Below are positions 11,584 through 22,138 of a stretch of 64,000 nucleotides of DNA, one piece after another (positions within the stretch are counted from its first letter, which is position 1; each line of letters starts with the position of its first letter). The DNA lies in IMG/VR virus record IMGVR_UViG_3300042455_001086, positions 186,001-250,000 of that record, one strand, 5' to 3'. The notes below the pieces were generated by a model. The model ran no database searches and was not told where the DNA came from. It saw only the letters and a list, made by a program, of their open reading frames with translations. The position numbers and the translations under genes are program-made.

Positions 11584-13422
11584 TTATGAAAAATTCACGG
11601 TTTTTAGATTAATTACCCTAACATTAATATCTTTGTTTGGGAATCTAATTTGATAAATCTGTGTTGGTTCGGCAAAAATTGTGTCGTTAATTAACTGAAT
11701 TTGTTTTGTTGCCGCATCAGAATATCTTTGTGATGTTTGATTTGATGAATATTGACCCCCAACTTTATTGTAGAATCTAATATCTGAAATACTAACAATA
11801 CCATTTTCGTTTTGAATAATTCTTCTCAATTCTGATACATTAACATTTTGACCCAATTGTCTTGTTGTAGGGCTAAAGAATGTTGTAACCAAATTAATGA
11901 GTTTAGACACAAGCGCACCTTGGTTTTGTGTCGCATCCAAAACAACATCAACATCAATAGATAAATCAATCGGATTTGCACTTTCAATGGAAATATAATC
12001 ATTTATCATTCTATAATTTGAAAGATAATTGGCGACATTATTTTTTAATGTGTTTGATATTGTGTCAGTTAAATTACCACTAGCGTCAAATGACAACATT
12101 TTAATTTTAATCTTATTATTTTCTTCTGTGATTGATACTTTTGCTGGAGCTCCAAATTGTGATGGCATTGTTCTAATTAATGACTCATAATCGTTAATCG
12201 TTGTTGCTCTATTTTGTGCCGCAAAGTTAAACGAAACCATTTGTCTAACATCTTCTGTTGTTGGTGCGTTTGCACCCCCAATAGCTGCCGTCACATTATT
12301 ACATCTCAATGTGTTAATTACACTTCTATTTACACTTTCAGATGGACCATTAACAAAAAATGAAACAGTACCAATTTGTGTTATAACATTTGCACCAAGA
12401 TTTGATGCTTGTCCGCCACCAATTCTATATTGAATAAACAAAGTAGAGTTTGACTTTAATGCCGAACCCAATGCTAAATTATTTGAATACTTATTCAAAT
12501 CAAAAGAATTTCCGGTTCTTGCAAATTCTCTTAATTGTTCTTCAGCCGAAATGTTTCCACCACCAAATGTCATTTTTAAATAACCTTCCGGAGTATATTC
12601 CGATATGAATTTTGTATTTGTTGTAACATATTTACCAACTTTAATTCCAGGTTGGTCTGATACTTTTGTTGGGTCTTCAATAAACACCCTATCTTCAGCG
12701 AGAGCTTTTACTTCATACCATCTATTATCAAGACCTAAAAATTCTTGTGGTTCTGGAATATTAGTATATTGTGTTCCGTCTTTTAAAATAACACTTGTAA
12801 TACCCAAAACATTTTTTTCTGGTAAAAATAATTCAAAATAAGGTTTTACATCATTTGGTGTAATTACTCTTTTGAATACTTTGGTAATACCATTTACAAC
12901 AACTTCTCTTTTTGTAATTGTATAATTTAATAACTTTCCGTTTGCATCAAAATTTGGTATTTTTAATCTATTTGGTGATCCTTCAGCATTAATTGGTGAT
13001 GCAAAGTCAATATCATATACGGTCTCAAATGGTTGTCCCGCTCCGGACGCTTGTGATCCTCTTCTTAAAACACCACAGTATCTTAAATCTTCCTTATCAC
13101 CAAAAGCCGGAACTGTGATTGAAAAATCAACTAATGCAACTGATGGTCTTTGTCCTGGTATTTTTAATCCATAAGTTCTTGCTATATTGTAAATTGATGA
13201 TTTTTGTTGTGCGTATTGTAATACGGTTTCTTGAATACTCCTATCTATTTGGAAATGTAGATTGTCCGTTACTGCCGCATTTAAGTCCATAAGAACAGAA
13301 AACACCCCAGCATCATTGAAATTCTGAATAAGGTCTGGGTAATAAGTTCTTGTAAAATTAATTAACTCAGTTCTTATAGTCTGGAAGTCTCTAGCTGTGT
13401 ATGATATTTTCTTTTCCGCCAT
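11584..13422 (-). CDS. Baseplate wedge subunit (T4 gp6 / P2 gpJ-like)
   Basis: N-terminal YTARDFQTIRTELINF...YYPD...FND, plus YRIGGG, AAIGGA and FAAQNRATTINDY; adjacent to the gp25-like gene. Confidence 0.85.
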   Translation of the reverse strand: MAEKKISYTARDFQTIRTELINFTRTYYPDLIQNFNDAGVFSVLMDLNAAVTDNLHFQIDRSIQETVLQYAQQKSSIYNIARTYGLKIPGQRPSVALVDFSITVPAFGDKEDLRYCGVLRRGSQASGAGQPFETVYDIDFASPINAEGSPNRLKIPNFDANGKLLNYTITKREVVVNGITKVFKRVITPNDVKPYFELFLPEKNVLGITSVILKDGTQYTNIPEPQEFLGLDNRWYEVKALAEDRVFIEDPTKVSDQPGIKVGKYVTTNTKFISEYTPEGYLKMTFGGGNISAEEQLREFARTGNSFDLNKYSNNLALGSALKSNSTLFIQYRIGGGQASNLGANVITQIGTVSFFVNGPSESVNRSVINTLRCNNVTAAIGGANAPTTEDVRQMVSFNFAAQNRATTINDYESLIRTMPSQFGAPAKVSITEENNKIKIKMLSFDASGNLTDTISNTLKNNVANYLSNYRMINDYISIESANPIDLSIDVDVVLDATQNQGALVSKLINLVTTFFSPTTRQLGQNVNVSELRRIIQNENGIVSISDIRFYNKVGGQYSSNQTSQRYSDAATKQIQLINDTIFAEPTQIYQIRFPNKDINVRVINLKTVNFS

Positions 13423-13426
13423 ACTA

Positions 13427-13885
13427 TTAAATATTGATTATAACAAAATCAGTTGACTCAAATGCTTGATTTGTTACTCTATAATTTATTTTTATTTTCG
13501 CTGTATGCTCTTTTTCTCCAATACCTTGGACTGTGTATTCTCGTTCTCCTTGTGAATTAACAAATGTTCCTTTATTTTCTTCACCATCTGAAGCATCTTT
13601 AACTTCAATACTTAAAATTTGTAATCCAGGAATATATCTTTCAACCGAATCTCTAATCTCAGCTTCAATATCTGAAAATGTTGGTCCGTCAAGTGGTTCA
13701 AAAATATATTCATATAATCTTGTTCCAAAATCTGGAAGATAATACCTAGTTCCTTTTCTTGTTAATAACAAATGAACTAAATTGCTTCTTATTTCTTCAT
13801 CACCATTATCAGATAAATCCAAGTATCTACCATTAAAAGATTCTCTAAAAGGAAAATTTATTCCGTATGTGACTCCATTTGCCAT
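13427..13885 (-). CDS. Baseplate wedge / sheath initiator (T4 gp25-like)
   Basis: IRSNLVHLLLTRKGTRYYLPDFGTRLYEYIFEP is the GPW/gp25 signature; start adjusted to the ATG at 13885. Confidence 0.9.
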   Translation of the reverse strand: MANGVTYGINFPFRESFNGRYLDLSDNGDEEIRSNLVHLLLTRKGTRYYLPDFGTRLYEYIFEPLDGPTFSDIEAEIRDSVERYIPGLQILSIEVKDASDGEENKGTFVNSQGEREYTVQGIGEKEHTAKIKINYRVTNQAFESTDFVIINI

Positions 13886-13930
13886 ATCCAATAAATATAA
13901 GGGTTGGTTATTTTATATAAACAAAAAAAA

Positions 13931-14161
13931 TCACCGATTTCTCAGTGATTCTTTTAAATTTGTATTACCTTTTTGGTAAAGTGGCTCATATGGGCAGTGT
14001 CTGCAATTGGATCCACAACATTTCCCTCTCTTTATATGGAATGATTCGGTCATAACTATATTACCGTTTTCATCTTTATAAAAGTCAGGTTCAGGAGATT
14101 TTTTTGTCGTCTCCTGAACATATAACTGTTGTATCCAATCTTTTGATGCACTTACTGTCAT
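13931..14161 (-). CDS. Small Cys-rich protein (DUF5522-like)
   Basis: FYxDENGxIVMTExFHIKRGKCCGSNCRHCPY motif. Confidence 0.75.
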   Translation of the reverse strand: MTVSASKDWIQQLYVQETTKKSPEPDFYKDENGNIVMTESFHIKRGKCCGSNCRHCPYEPLYQKGNTNLKESLRNR

Positions 14162-14162
14162 T

Positions 14163-14243
14163 TTAATTTTTTTTTCTTAAATTATAGAACGCTAGTAATA
14201 CTTGATATGTTAGTGTTACATCATTTCCCCAAGTCACTTTCAT
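14163..14243 (-). CDS. 26-aa microprotein MKVTWGNDVTLTYQVLLAFYNLRKKN
   Basis: ATG 2 nt after the nrdJ stop and TAA 1 nt before the next ATG, so it fills the gap exactly; below the ORF-track cutoff. Confidence 0.5.
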   Translation of the reverse strand: MKVTWGNDVTLTYQVLLAFYNLRKKN

Positions 14244-14245
14244 AA

Positions 14246-16105
14246 TTAAACAATTTCGCAACCTGATGCGCCACAAGCTATTTCTCCGCTTAGGTCGGTA
14301 TTATCTTGCAACTCAATTACTTTTGTAAGATCAACATTTGTTAATGTTTTAATCAAACTTTCATATTCTTCTTGTGTGCAATCTTGAAACGGAGCCTGTG
14401 TGTAAGTGCCTCCGTTGAAGGGCAGGACTGATAGGCCATTGTAATATTTTCTATTTTTCCACATCCAATCACCAACTAAATCCCACTCATCTTCTTTAAT
14501 TGAAACTGTTGCCGATACATTGTGTGTATTTTGTCCTGTTCTGTGTCCAGATTTAACCCACTCTTGTGATACTTTTTTCACTCGTTCCAACATTTGGAAT
14601 ACTGATTCATATCTCAAAATTGACCCTTCTGGTGCTCTTTGTGGAATTGTAATTACTGCAGTGTCGTGTGGACGGAAATATTCGTCTTCAACTAATTCCG
14701 GGTGATTGATTGCAAGGTATGAATAAATTGCTTCATTTTTTCCAACTCTAATTCTTCTTAAATAGAAGTCATTATGCCAAGCGTGAATACCAGATGAAGT
14801 TCCCAATACAAGTGATGATGTTCCAGATGGTTTAACTGTTGTTGTTCTAGCAGCTTTGTTAATACCAATTAATCCGGCAACTCTTTCGTTTTCTTCTTTA
14901 ACAGCTTGAGCGGCCGCTTTCATATCATAACCCAATACAACTCCAGAACCGATTCCTGTCATTCCAACACCAATAAGTGCGTCTTTTTCAGTTGTTCTTT
15001 TCCAAACATCTCTCAAGTAATGAAAGTCTGTATATCCAGCTTGTAATGTTCCAATAAATGCAGCACCTTTAACTCTTTTTTCAAAATCTTCTTGTGATTC
15101 AATATCTGAAGCATTCACCTCACACAAGTTACAGAATTGGTATGGACGAAGTGCGATTTCGCAACATGGATTCGTCCCCCAGTCCTTATCATTTGATAAA
15201 TAAATTCCAGGTTCTCCGGCTCCAGAAAGCTCAATTCTTTTCCACAAGTCCATAAAATACTCTTGTGTTACTTTATGTCTTAATAATACAGCTGAGTTGT
15301 TTGCTCTACCTCTTTGTGGGTTTGATTCCCACCAATTTCCTGACTTACAAGAAATCATTTCATCATCATCAGCTGAGAATAATGAAATAAGTGCAGCTCT
15401 TCTAATACCACCAGCAAGCACGGCATCAGCAATATGGCATACGATGTCGTGAGTTTCAATTGGTGTTAATTTATCACCATCATTTTTGTTTTCCAATACT
15501 TTTGTAATATTATGAATACAATCTTTTAATGGTTGAGGTCCCGGTGCTTTTCCACCAGAAGTCACAAGTAATGCTCCTTTTTGACGAATATCTGAAAAAT
15601 CAAATACCGGTGTTGATGATTTTGAACCCAAATAAGATTCCATTAATACTTTAATTGCGTCAGCCCAACCTTCAATTGAGTCTCCAATCAAATATCTTCT
15701 TGTTCTTGCTGGATTTGGTTTTTTAATTTCTGGTAGTTTATCCACATGGTGTTTTTGAACTGAAAACCCAACTCCAGTTCCACCTAAAAGTAAGAACATT
15801 GTTTCGGAGAATGCGTCAGTGTGATCAATCGGTAGATAAGCACAGTTATAAACTCTATTTGGTGAGATTTCAATTGGTTTTCCGCCGAATTGTAATGATC
15901 TCATAGATGGAAGAATTTTTTTATCATATACCATTTTATATACTTCTTCAATCTCATCTTTAATATGTGGGTATTTTTTCTGGTGCATTTCTTTGTTTCT
16001 TGTCACCAGTTCTTCCCACGTCTCCCTTCTATTTAATTCAGGGACAAATTTGGCGTATTTCATATACACCGTAATATCGCTCAATATTTTTTGTGAAATA
16101 TCCAT
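14246..16105 (-). CDS. nrdJ: Class II (adenosylcobalamin-dependent) ribonucleotide reductase, monomeric RTPR type
   Basis: PSMRSL, YNCAY, GTGVGFSV, NPCCEI (NPCxE active site), FCNLCEVN, TTVKPSGT and C-terminal Cys pair ACGASGCEI. Confidence 0.92.
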   Translation of the reverse strand: MDISQKILSDITVYMKYAKFVPELNRRETWEELVTRNKEMHQKKYPHIKDEIEEVYKMVYDKKILPSMRSLQFGGKPIEISPNRVYNCAYLPIDHTDAFSETMFLLLGGTGVGFSVQKHHVDKLPEIKKPNPARTRRYLIGDSIEGWADAIKVLMESYLGSKSSTPVFDFSDIRQKGALLVTSGGKAPGPQPLKDCIHNITKVLENKNDGDKLTPIETHDIVCHIADAVLAGGIRRAALISLFSADDDEMISCKSGNWWESNPQRGRANNSAVLLRHKVTQEYFMDLWKRIELSGAGEPGIYLSNDKDWGTNPCCEIALRPYQFCNLCEVNASDIESQEDFEKRVKGAAFIGTLQAGYTDFHYLRDVWKRTTEKDALIGVGMTGIGSGVVLGYDMKAAAQAVKEENERVAGLIGINKAARTTTVKPSGTSSLVLGTSSGIHAWHNDFYLRRIRVGKNEAIYSYLAINHPELVEDEYFRPHDTAVITIPQRAPEGSILRYESVFQMLERVKKVSQEWVKSGHRTGQNTHNVSATVSIKEDEWDLVGDWMWKNRKYYNGLSVLPFNGGTYTQAPFQDCTQEEYESLIKTLTNVDLTKVIELQDNTDLSGEIACGASGCEIV

Positions 16106-16130
16106 TTTTTACAAATTTAATTATTTTTAT

Positions 16131-17510
16131 TTAAGATTTTTGTTCTTTTTGTTGTCTTTTTTCTAACAATTCTTTAACCCGTTGTCTTTGTCTTTCTTCT
16201 TTTTGTTCTTCAAGACCAAGGAATGTAGTTGTAGATTCAGTATCAATTTCAATCATAGCATTATCAAACTTGCAATTTTCAAACACCACACCATCATCCC
16301 CAATACGAGACTTGGTAATTGCAATTGTGGCCAATTTCATTTCTTTTTGTTGTAATGTCTTTGCTACCGAAATAATAACATGTCCTACTTGTGCTTTCTT
16401 AATCGAACCACCCATTTGGTCTGTTGTTACAACTTCGGATGAGATTGACGATCTATTTCCTTGGGTTGCCGTCCAGCCTACAATATTTAACTCATGACAC
16501 ATAGCTTCGAACCCTCTCATTACTGAACCCTCACTCTTCCATTCATCACCAAGGTTTTTGTCCGGAACAATACAATCAATGTAATCTAAAACAACCATAT
16601 CTATTTTATTACCATCAGCAATCATCTTTCTGATTTCATTTTTAATTTGTAACATAGTTACTGTATCTGATGGTAATTTTTTCAAATCCAAAGTGTTTTC
16701 CATTGTTTCCTCAATTTCTTTTGCTTTTTTCGTTACCTCATCTCTTTTTTCTGACAATTCGTCAGGGTGAATCTTGGTCCAGAGTGTAAAATGTTTTCTC
16801 TGAATCACTTTTGGGTTGTCTTCAAAAAAGATTTGTAAGACATTAAATCCTAGGTTAAATGCGTGGTTTGAAATCTTTGTAAGAATGGTTGATTTTCCCA
16901 CTCCGGTAGGGGCAAGGATTACACCAATTTCACCTTTTGCTAGTCCTCCCTTTAACAATCTGTCAATACCTGGTATTCCCATCGGAATTGGGTGTCGGTA
17001 ATCATCTTCTAATACTTGGTCTATGTTTGAAAAAACACTCATTGTTGATGTATCTTTTGAACCAACCAATAATGCTTCTCTAACCATTTCTTCAAGTGTG
17101 TCATAATTTTCAAACTCACCACCATCAATGATTTTTTGAGCTTTCTTCATTACTTTCTGTAATTCTTGTTGCTTACAGAATTTTAATGCTTTTTCTTGGA
17201 CGAAATCGGCCCCATCAATAGGTGCAGACTTGATTTTCTTAATTGTGTCAAGGACAACTTTAACTGCGGTTTCTTGTTGTAGTTCGGATTTTGCGACTTG
17301 TTCTAATGTATCAAAAGAAGGTGTGTGGTCATATTTTTTATAATACTCCTTAACCATTTGAATAATGATTTTAAAGTATTTGTTTTCAAAATAACTATTC
17401 TCAATTACATCCATAATTGAATGTGAAAAGTCTTTATCTAAAATAATTTGATTAAGTAATTGAATTTGAAAATTGTTTCCAAGATACTCAAAGTTTTTGT
17501 TCGTCGCCAT
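16131..17510 (-). CDS. Replicative DnaB-like helicase (T4 gp41-like)
   Basis: Walker A APTGVGKS, FFED, VVLDYID and WTATQGNR motifs. Confidence 0.9.
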   Translation of the reverse strand: MATNKNFEYLGNNFQIQLLNQIILDKDFSHSIMDVIENSYFENKYFKIIIQMVKEYYKKYDHTPSFDTLEQVAKSELQQETAVKVVLDTIKKIKSAPIDGADFVQEKALKFCKQQELQKVMKKAQKIIDGGEFENYDTLEEMVREALLVGSKDTSTMSVFSNIDQVLEDDYRHPIPMGIPGIDRLLKGGLAKGEIGVILAPTGVGKSTILTKISNHAFNLGFNVLQIFFEDNPKVIQRKHFTLWTKIHPDELSEKRDEVTKKAKEIEETMENTLDLKKLPSDTVTMLQIKNEIRKMIADGNKIDMVVLDYIDCIVPDKNLGDEWKSEGSVMRGFEAMCHELNIVGWTATQGNRSSISSEVVTTDQMGGSIKKAQVGHVIISVAKTLQQKEMKLATIAITKSRIGDDGVVFENCKFDNAMIEIDTESTTTFLGLEEQKEERQRQRVKELLEKRQQKEQKS

Positions 17511-17544
17511 AATTTTTTCCTCCTATCAGTAATGATAAATACTA

Positions 17545-17994
17545 CTAGTTTTGAATAAATTGTGGATAAAAATAATTAAAATTTTTACCTGAAAAAATGT
17601 CAGTTAGTTCACCTAATATTGTTTTTAGCTTTGGGCGTAGGTCTACGGTGTATCTGACCTTTGGTGGGTATGGTTTTGCATCAAATATCCTATGACAAAT
17701 TGTCATATTTTCTACCTTAATATAAAGGTTAAAATTTTCGTCACCCTCGGTAATTGATGTATTTAACACATCTGGGTTTTCAAAAATTTCATACTGATTA
17801 TCCAACATATAGACAATAGATCTCATCTTCAAATTATATTGAAGTTCATTACAAAACGACTTAATATAATCATAAAACTCTTCTGATTTATGTGCGGTTT
17901 TATTAAACCCTTTCACATTAAAAAATCTTTGAACTACGATGTTTTCATTACACATTAACAAAAATTCAACTTTTGTTATATCCTGATCTCTCAT
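17545..17994 (-). CDS. Hypothetical protein (149 aa)
   Basis: ORF in the replication operon; no recognisable motif. Confidence 0.6.
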   Translation of the reverse strand: MRDQDITKVEFLLMCNENIVVQRFFNVKGFNKTAHKSEEFYDYIKSFCNELQYNLKMRSIVYMLDNQYEIFENPDVLNTSITEGDENFNLYIKVENMTICHRIFDAKPYPPKVRYTVDLRPKLKTILGELTDIFSGKNFNYFYPQFIQN

Positions 17995-17998
17995 TTTT

Positions 17999-19015
17999 TT
18001 AATTTTTTGTTTTGTTTCTAAAATTTGTTTTTTCTTTTCTTGATAGTTTTAAAAATGGTTTTAAAAAATTTACCCAAGCGTCATCACCTTTTGGTAGAAA
18101 TTTAAAGAATCCGTCGTCCATCATCATTCTAATTAAGTTTCTATGTCCTCTTCCGTCTGGATCCAACGATTCCGAGTAATATAACCTAACCAATTCTTTT
18201 CCTTCCACTGAAATTAGTGGGTTAGCTAAATCCACTAATTTTTCGTTGATTGTGAAAAACTCTTTTCCAAATATTCCCTCTTTGGTTTTTCCACTAAGTA
18301 AATTTTGTAAAGCAACATTTCCTTTTTGTTCCGAAAGTAATGTTTTTGCCTTTGTTAAAATATCGGTATATTTTAACTCCGTATCAAGTATCTCCGGAAA
18401 AAATTTTAGGAATGTTTTTTCACCCAAATAAAATATACCATCAATATTATCCGAACTATCACCAGTTAATATTTTGTAAGTTTTAACATTATAGTGTGGT
18501 ATTTCGGATTCATAAATTTTAATCCCATCACCATTCTTATAATATCTTTTTTGTTGGGGTGAATATATACTTACCTTATCTGAAATAAGTTGTGTTAGAT
18601 CTCTATCAGATGAAAATATTGTTTTTTCTTCATCTTCAGAAATTTGACAATAATAAGCTATTAAATCGTCGGCCTCCGATTGTTCCACTTCCAATTGTCT
18701 AACAAACATTTCTTCAAGGTATTGTTTTACTCTGTTTTTTTGAGTAGTAAAAGATTGTTCTTTATAATCATCATCAACCTTTTGTTTTCTATTTAATTTA
18801 TACTTTGGGTATATAGTTCTTCTCTGTGATGATCCGGTTTCACTATCCCAACAAACAACAATTTTATTGTAATTGTTTTCTTCTAAAAATTTTCTTAAAG
18901 TGTTTAGAAAATGCCAAGTTCCACCAACATGTTCTCCATTGTTAAAGAAGTCTCTAACACCATGCACGCCTATCTTTAATAGGTTGTTACCATCGACCAA
19001 TAAGGTTTTAGTCAT
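17999..19015 (-). CDS. 5'-3' exonuclease / RNase H (FEN-like, T4 rnh / PolA N-terminal type)
   Basis: LLVDGNN, YPKYKLNR, EADDLIA, SSDRDLTQL, GDSSDNIDGI; start moved to ATG 19015, which overlaps the MTase stop (ATGACTAA). Confidence 0.9.
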   Translation of the reverse strand: MTKTLLVDGNNLLKIGVHGVRDFFNNGEHVGGTWHFLNTLRKFLEENNYNKIVVCWDSETGSSQRRTIYPKYKLNRKQKVDDDYKEQSFTTQKNRVKQYLEEMFVRQLEVEQSEADDLIAYYCQISEDEEKTIFSSDRDLTQLISDKVSIYSPQQKRYYKNGDGIKIYESEIPHYNVKTYKILTGDSSDNIDGIFYLGEKTFLKFFPEILDTELKYTDILTKAKTLLSEQKGNVALQNLLSGKTKEGIFGKEFFTINEKLVDLANPLISVEGKELVRLYYSESLDPDGRGHRNLIRMMMDDGFFKFLPKGDDAWVNFLKPFLKLSRKEKTNFRNKTKN

Positions 19016-21092
19016 TAATTTCTTCGTTAAGTGGGTTTGACAATATTGGTTCTTCTTTTGTAATATAGTCGGATAAAAACTCTGTAAATATAGCTTCCAT
19101 AACAGGGACACAAATTGAGTTTCCGGCTAGTGCGACATGTGCTGTATTAGACAATGAGGTTGTAAGTAATAAATCAATATCTTGTTCTTTAACACCCATA
19201 AATCTATACCCTTCTCTTGCTGTAATAGTTCTCACTCTACCATCTTCTGTTAGAATTTGTGGTGATCCACTTGTTGTTAAAGTTGGGGAACACCCATCAA
19301 CAGAATAAATTCTTCTTGCCTGATCGTAGCTAATGTCATCTCTTCTACCGATTAATTTACAGATTGTGTGTTTTTTTGGTTGATGTGGTGTAAATTGACA
19401 ATTAACAATCAGATTTGGATTAAAGTTTTCTTCAATGAACGGTCTCATAGGAATTCGTTCTTTTTTGTGATTATCCACATTCATCATTTTTTCTTTAACC
19501 TCATCAATACTACTATTAAGAACGGATACCATAAAAACTCTTTCTCTATTTTGGGGACATCCGAAATCAGCACCATTCAATACTCTCCAGAAAGAACTAT
19601 ACCCAAGTCCTCTTAAAAAATAGATATGTTTTTGAAAATTATCAATGTGATTTTTTGATATTAGGTTTTTAACATTTTCCATCAAAAGATACTTTGGTCT
19701 ATTGGTACTTAATAATCTTTCAACTTCAAATAGTAATCCACTCCTTGTACCTTCTTTAATTCCTTTTTGAATTCCAGAAATTGAAATGTCCTGACAATTA
19801 TGGGCGATACAACCATTTGCTGTGAATGAATGGTCTTCATCTACTTCAATATCATAAACAAATTCAGTATTATTTGTATTAATAATACCTTTAATTGGTG
19901 TCCAAATAAAACCATTATCAAAAAAAGATTTTTTATTTTTACTTTGGTTTAAATCAAAAGCAATTGTGTAACTATCTCTTTGATTAACATATCTACCATC
20001 AATAATGTATTTATCTTTATTTTTTGTTTTATAAATAGAATAAGGTACATTATAACATTTTGCAATACATTGTCCAATACCATAAATTAATTCACGACTT
20101 ACACTTATAATTCTTTGTCTTGTTGAATTTTGATAAAAGCTTCCATCCGCGGAAAAATAACCCTGGATAAATGATGTCAAAAGATTTCTAGGTAAATCAA
20201 AAATTGTATTAGTCAATTTCTTACCGTGAGCATACTTCCCAAATTGTTGGACAAATAAACCAATTTCTTTTTTTGGTAAATGTATCTTATATGTTGATCC
20301 ATCTCTAACAACTGTCGCATTAATTTTCAATCTTTCCAATCTTTCACTAATTTCTTGTAATTCAGAATCATTTTTATTTGTACAACAAATTATTATACCT
20401 CCTTGGTGTCTCATCCAGCCATCACCAATATATCTTCCAATTAACCACCAAAAATCATTATTATCCATATATTTTGATAATTCATTTTTGTGTCTAGTTT
20501 TTCTACCGTCACCCCATTTAAAATCAATCCCATCCCACTTTGGTATAATACTATTTTGATTTATTGCAACACCAAAATAATCATTACTTGTCAAGTCCTT
20601 ACATTCTTTCCAATAAGGCTCTGTTAAATTATTTTTATCTCCATCAATTTTACTAACAACATAAAATCTGTGGTTTTCAGTTGTTTTTAATTCGTCAAAT
20701 ATTGGTGATTTAACACTCCAAATTTCTTTTTTACCTTGATCAAATTTGTTTGTAACTTTTTTATATGTGTTAGTATGTGTCAAAACCAAATCATCAATTT
20801 CAACATCAACAATATTTTTATACCCAGTATCTGTCAATACTAATGTATCTTTTGTAAAACAAGGAAATGAATAGGTTAATAAATCACATTGTGGTAATGT
20901 GTTTTCATTAACCATTCTTATGTCACCAAGATTACCGTGAGTTGTTGTGTGTAACGCATTATAACACTCATTCGCTTGTTTGAAATTATCACAGTTAGCA
21001 ACACTTTCATAATCCACACCAATGTATTTAAGTGCCAACTCTTGGGTTCCGTATCCGGAAAATAACGATACTACTTTTAATTTACTATTCAT
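19008..21092 (-). CDS. DNA (cytosine-5) methyltransferase interrupted by an intein
   Basis: Motif I LFSGYG, motif IV SFP/CQDIS split by the intein, motif VI MENVKNL, motif VIII PQNRER, C-terminal AGNSI; about 339 aa after splicing. Confidence 0.92.
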   Translation of the reverse strand: MNSKLKVVSLFSGYGTQELALKYIGVDYESVANCDNFKQANECYNALHTTTHGNLGDIRMVNENTLPQCDLLTYSFPCFTKDTLVLTDTGYKNIVDVEIDDLVLTHTNTYKKVTNKFDQGKKEIWSVKSPIFDELKTTENHRFYVVSKIDGDKNNLTEPYWKECKDLTSNDYFGVAINQNSIIPKWDGIDFKWGDGRKTRHKNELSKYMDNNDFWWLIGRYIGDGWMRHQGGIIICCTNKNDSELQEISERLERLKINATVVRDGSTYKIHLPKKEIGLFVQQFGKYAHGKKLTNTIFDLPRNLLTSFIQGYFSADGSFYQNSTRQRIISVSRELIYGIGQCIAKCYNVPYSIYKTKNKDKYIIDGRYVNQRDSYTIAFDLNQSKNKKSFFDNGFIWTPIKGIINTNNTEFVYDIEVDEDHSFTANGCIAHNCQDISISGIQKGIKEGTRSGLLFEVERLLSTNRPKYLLMENVKNLISKNHIDNFQKHIYFLRGLGYSSFWRVLNGADFGCPQNRERVFMVSVLNSSIDEVKEKMMNVDNHKKERIPMRPFIEENFNPNLIVNCQFTPHQPKKHTICKLIGRRDDISYDQARRIYSVDGCSPTLTTSGSPQILTEDGRVRTITAREGYRFMGVKEQDIDLLLTTSLSNTAHVALAGNSICVPVMEAIFTEFLSDYITKEEPILSNPLNEEIND
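19797..20861 (-). mobile_element. Intein (355 aa) with LAGLIDADG homing endonuclease
   Basis: Begins CFTKDTLVLT; block B TTENHRF; LAGLIDADG-like helices LIGRYIGDG and FIQGYFSADG; ends VYDIEVDEDHSFTANGCIAHN, followed by Cys. Confidence 0.93.
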
Positions 21093-21121
21093 TTGTTTTT
21101 TTTTATAAAAATATAAATTTT

Positions 21122-22111
21122 TTACTCATCATCAAAATCGTCTGATACACTTTCAGTTAATGAAAAGTCATTACCACCCATTTTTACTGTCCAATAATCT
21201 GAAAACTCTTTTTTATATGTATCTAATGATTCTTTTGTGTCAGATATGTATCCGTTATGAACCGTAATAATCTTACCATCTTTAAACCCAAGACCATTTA
21301 TGTGATTTTTTAGTATTGATATTTTTGTTCGTATTGCAAATGATATTTTTCTACCATTTTTTGTTGCGTCAATATGACTAATTCCAGATTTTTTCTGATT
21401 ACCAAAAAGGAATATTAAACTACTAGCCAACCAAATTGCTTCACCACCCTTACTTTTAATTTCAGGCTGACCGAATGGGTTGTCTGGAAGGAGAACCCAA
21501 GGTTGATTAACCACGACCAATGTGTTATAATATGGGTAATCTTCTTTTTTTGATTTTGAAATTCTTGAGTGTAGTCCCATACCGACTTTATCTGCTAATA
21601 CTTTTGCTGTGTGCATTCCGCCACCCTTACCCTCGTATGTCATTTGACATGGTATGGATCCAATTGAATCGAAACAAAACACAATACTATAGGGAATGTC
21701 TCCTTTTTCTTGAGCGTCAAGAATTTCATTCATAAAATCAGTAGCTTGTTCTAAATAATCAAATGAATCATTAAATATAAACATCCCTTCCCATTCACCA
21801 TCTGCATTTTTTTCCGCCTGTAATCCTAACTCAACTGCGTGGTCCCAATTCCACTTTTTTTCCGTAATTATAAAAACTGGTAAATGTCCTTTTCTTTGGG
21901 CGTCAGCGGCCGTCAAAATCATTGCTGTTGTTTTTCCAGCGTTACTATGACCCAAAAGCATCGAAATCCCACCCATTACAGGTCCTGGTAACCCACACGC
22001 TTCCATAAATGCTTCACCACAATTATAAAACGCTTCTGGTTTATATTTTGTTTTACTTGAGAACTTCGCTTTGATGTCCTCAAACTTAAATTCTTTTTTT
22101 CTTATTGCCAT
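21122..22111 (-). CDS. uvsX: RecA/UvsX-like recombinase
   Basis: Walker A GHSNAGKTT, Walker B VFCFDSIGS, VVNQ, KGGEA, KNH; start adjusted to MAIRKK at 22111. Confidence 0.85.
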   Translation of the reverse strand: MAIRKKEFKFEDIKAKFSSKTKYKPEAFYNCGEAFMEACGLPGPVMGGISMLLGHSNAGKTTAMILTAADAQRKGHLPVFIITEKKWNWDHAVELGLQAEKNADGEWEGMFIFNDSFDYLEQATDFMNEILDAQEKGDIPYSIVFCFDSIGSIPCQMTYEGKGGGMHTAKVLADKVGMGLHSRISKSKKEDYPYYNTLVVVNQPWVLLPDNPFGQPEIKSKGGEAIWLASSLIFLFGNQKKSGISHIDATKNGRKISFAIRTKISILKNHINGLGFKDGKIITVHNGYISDTKESLDTYKKEFSDYWTVKMGGNDFSLTESVSDDFDDE

Positions 22112-22138
22112 AAAATCTTTTTTTAAAAATATAAGAAA

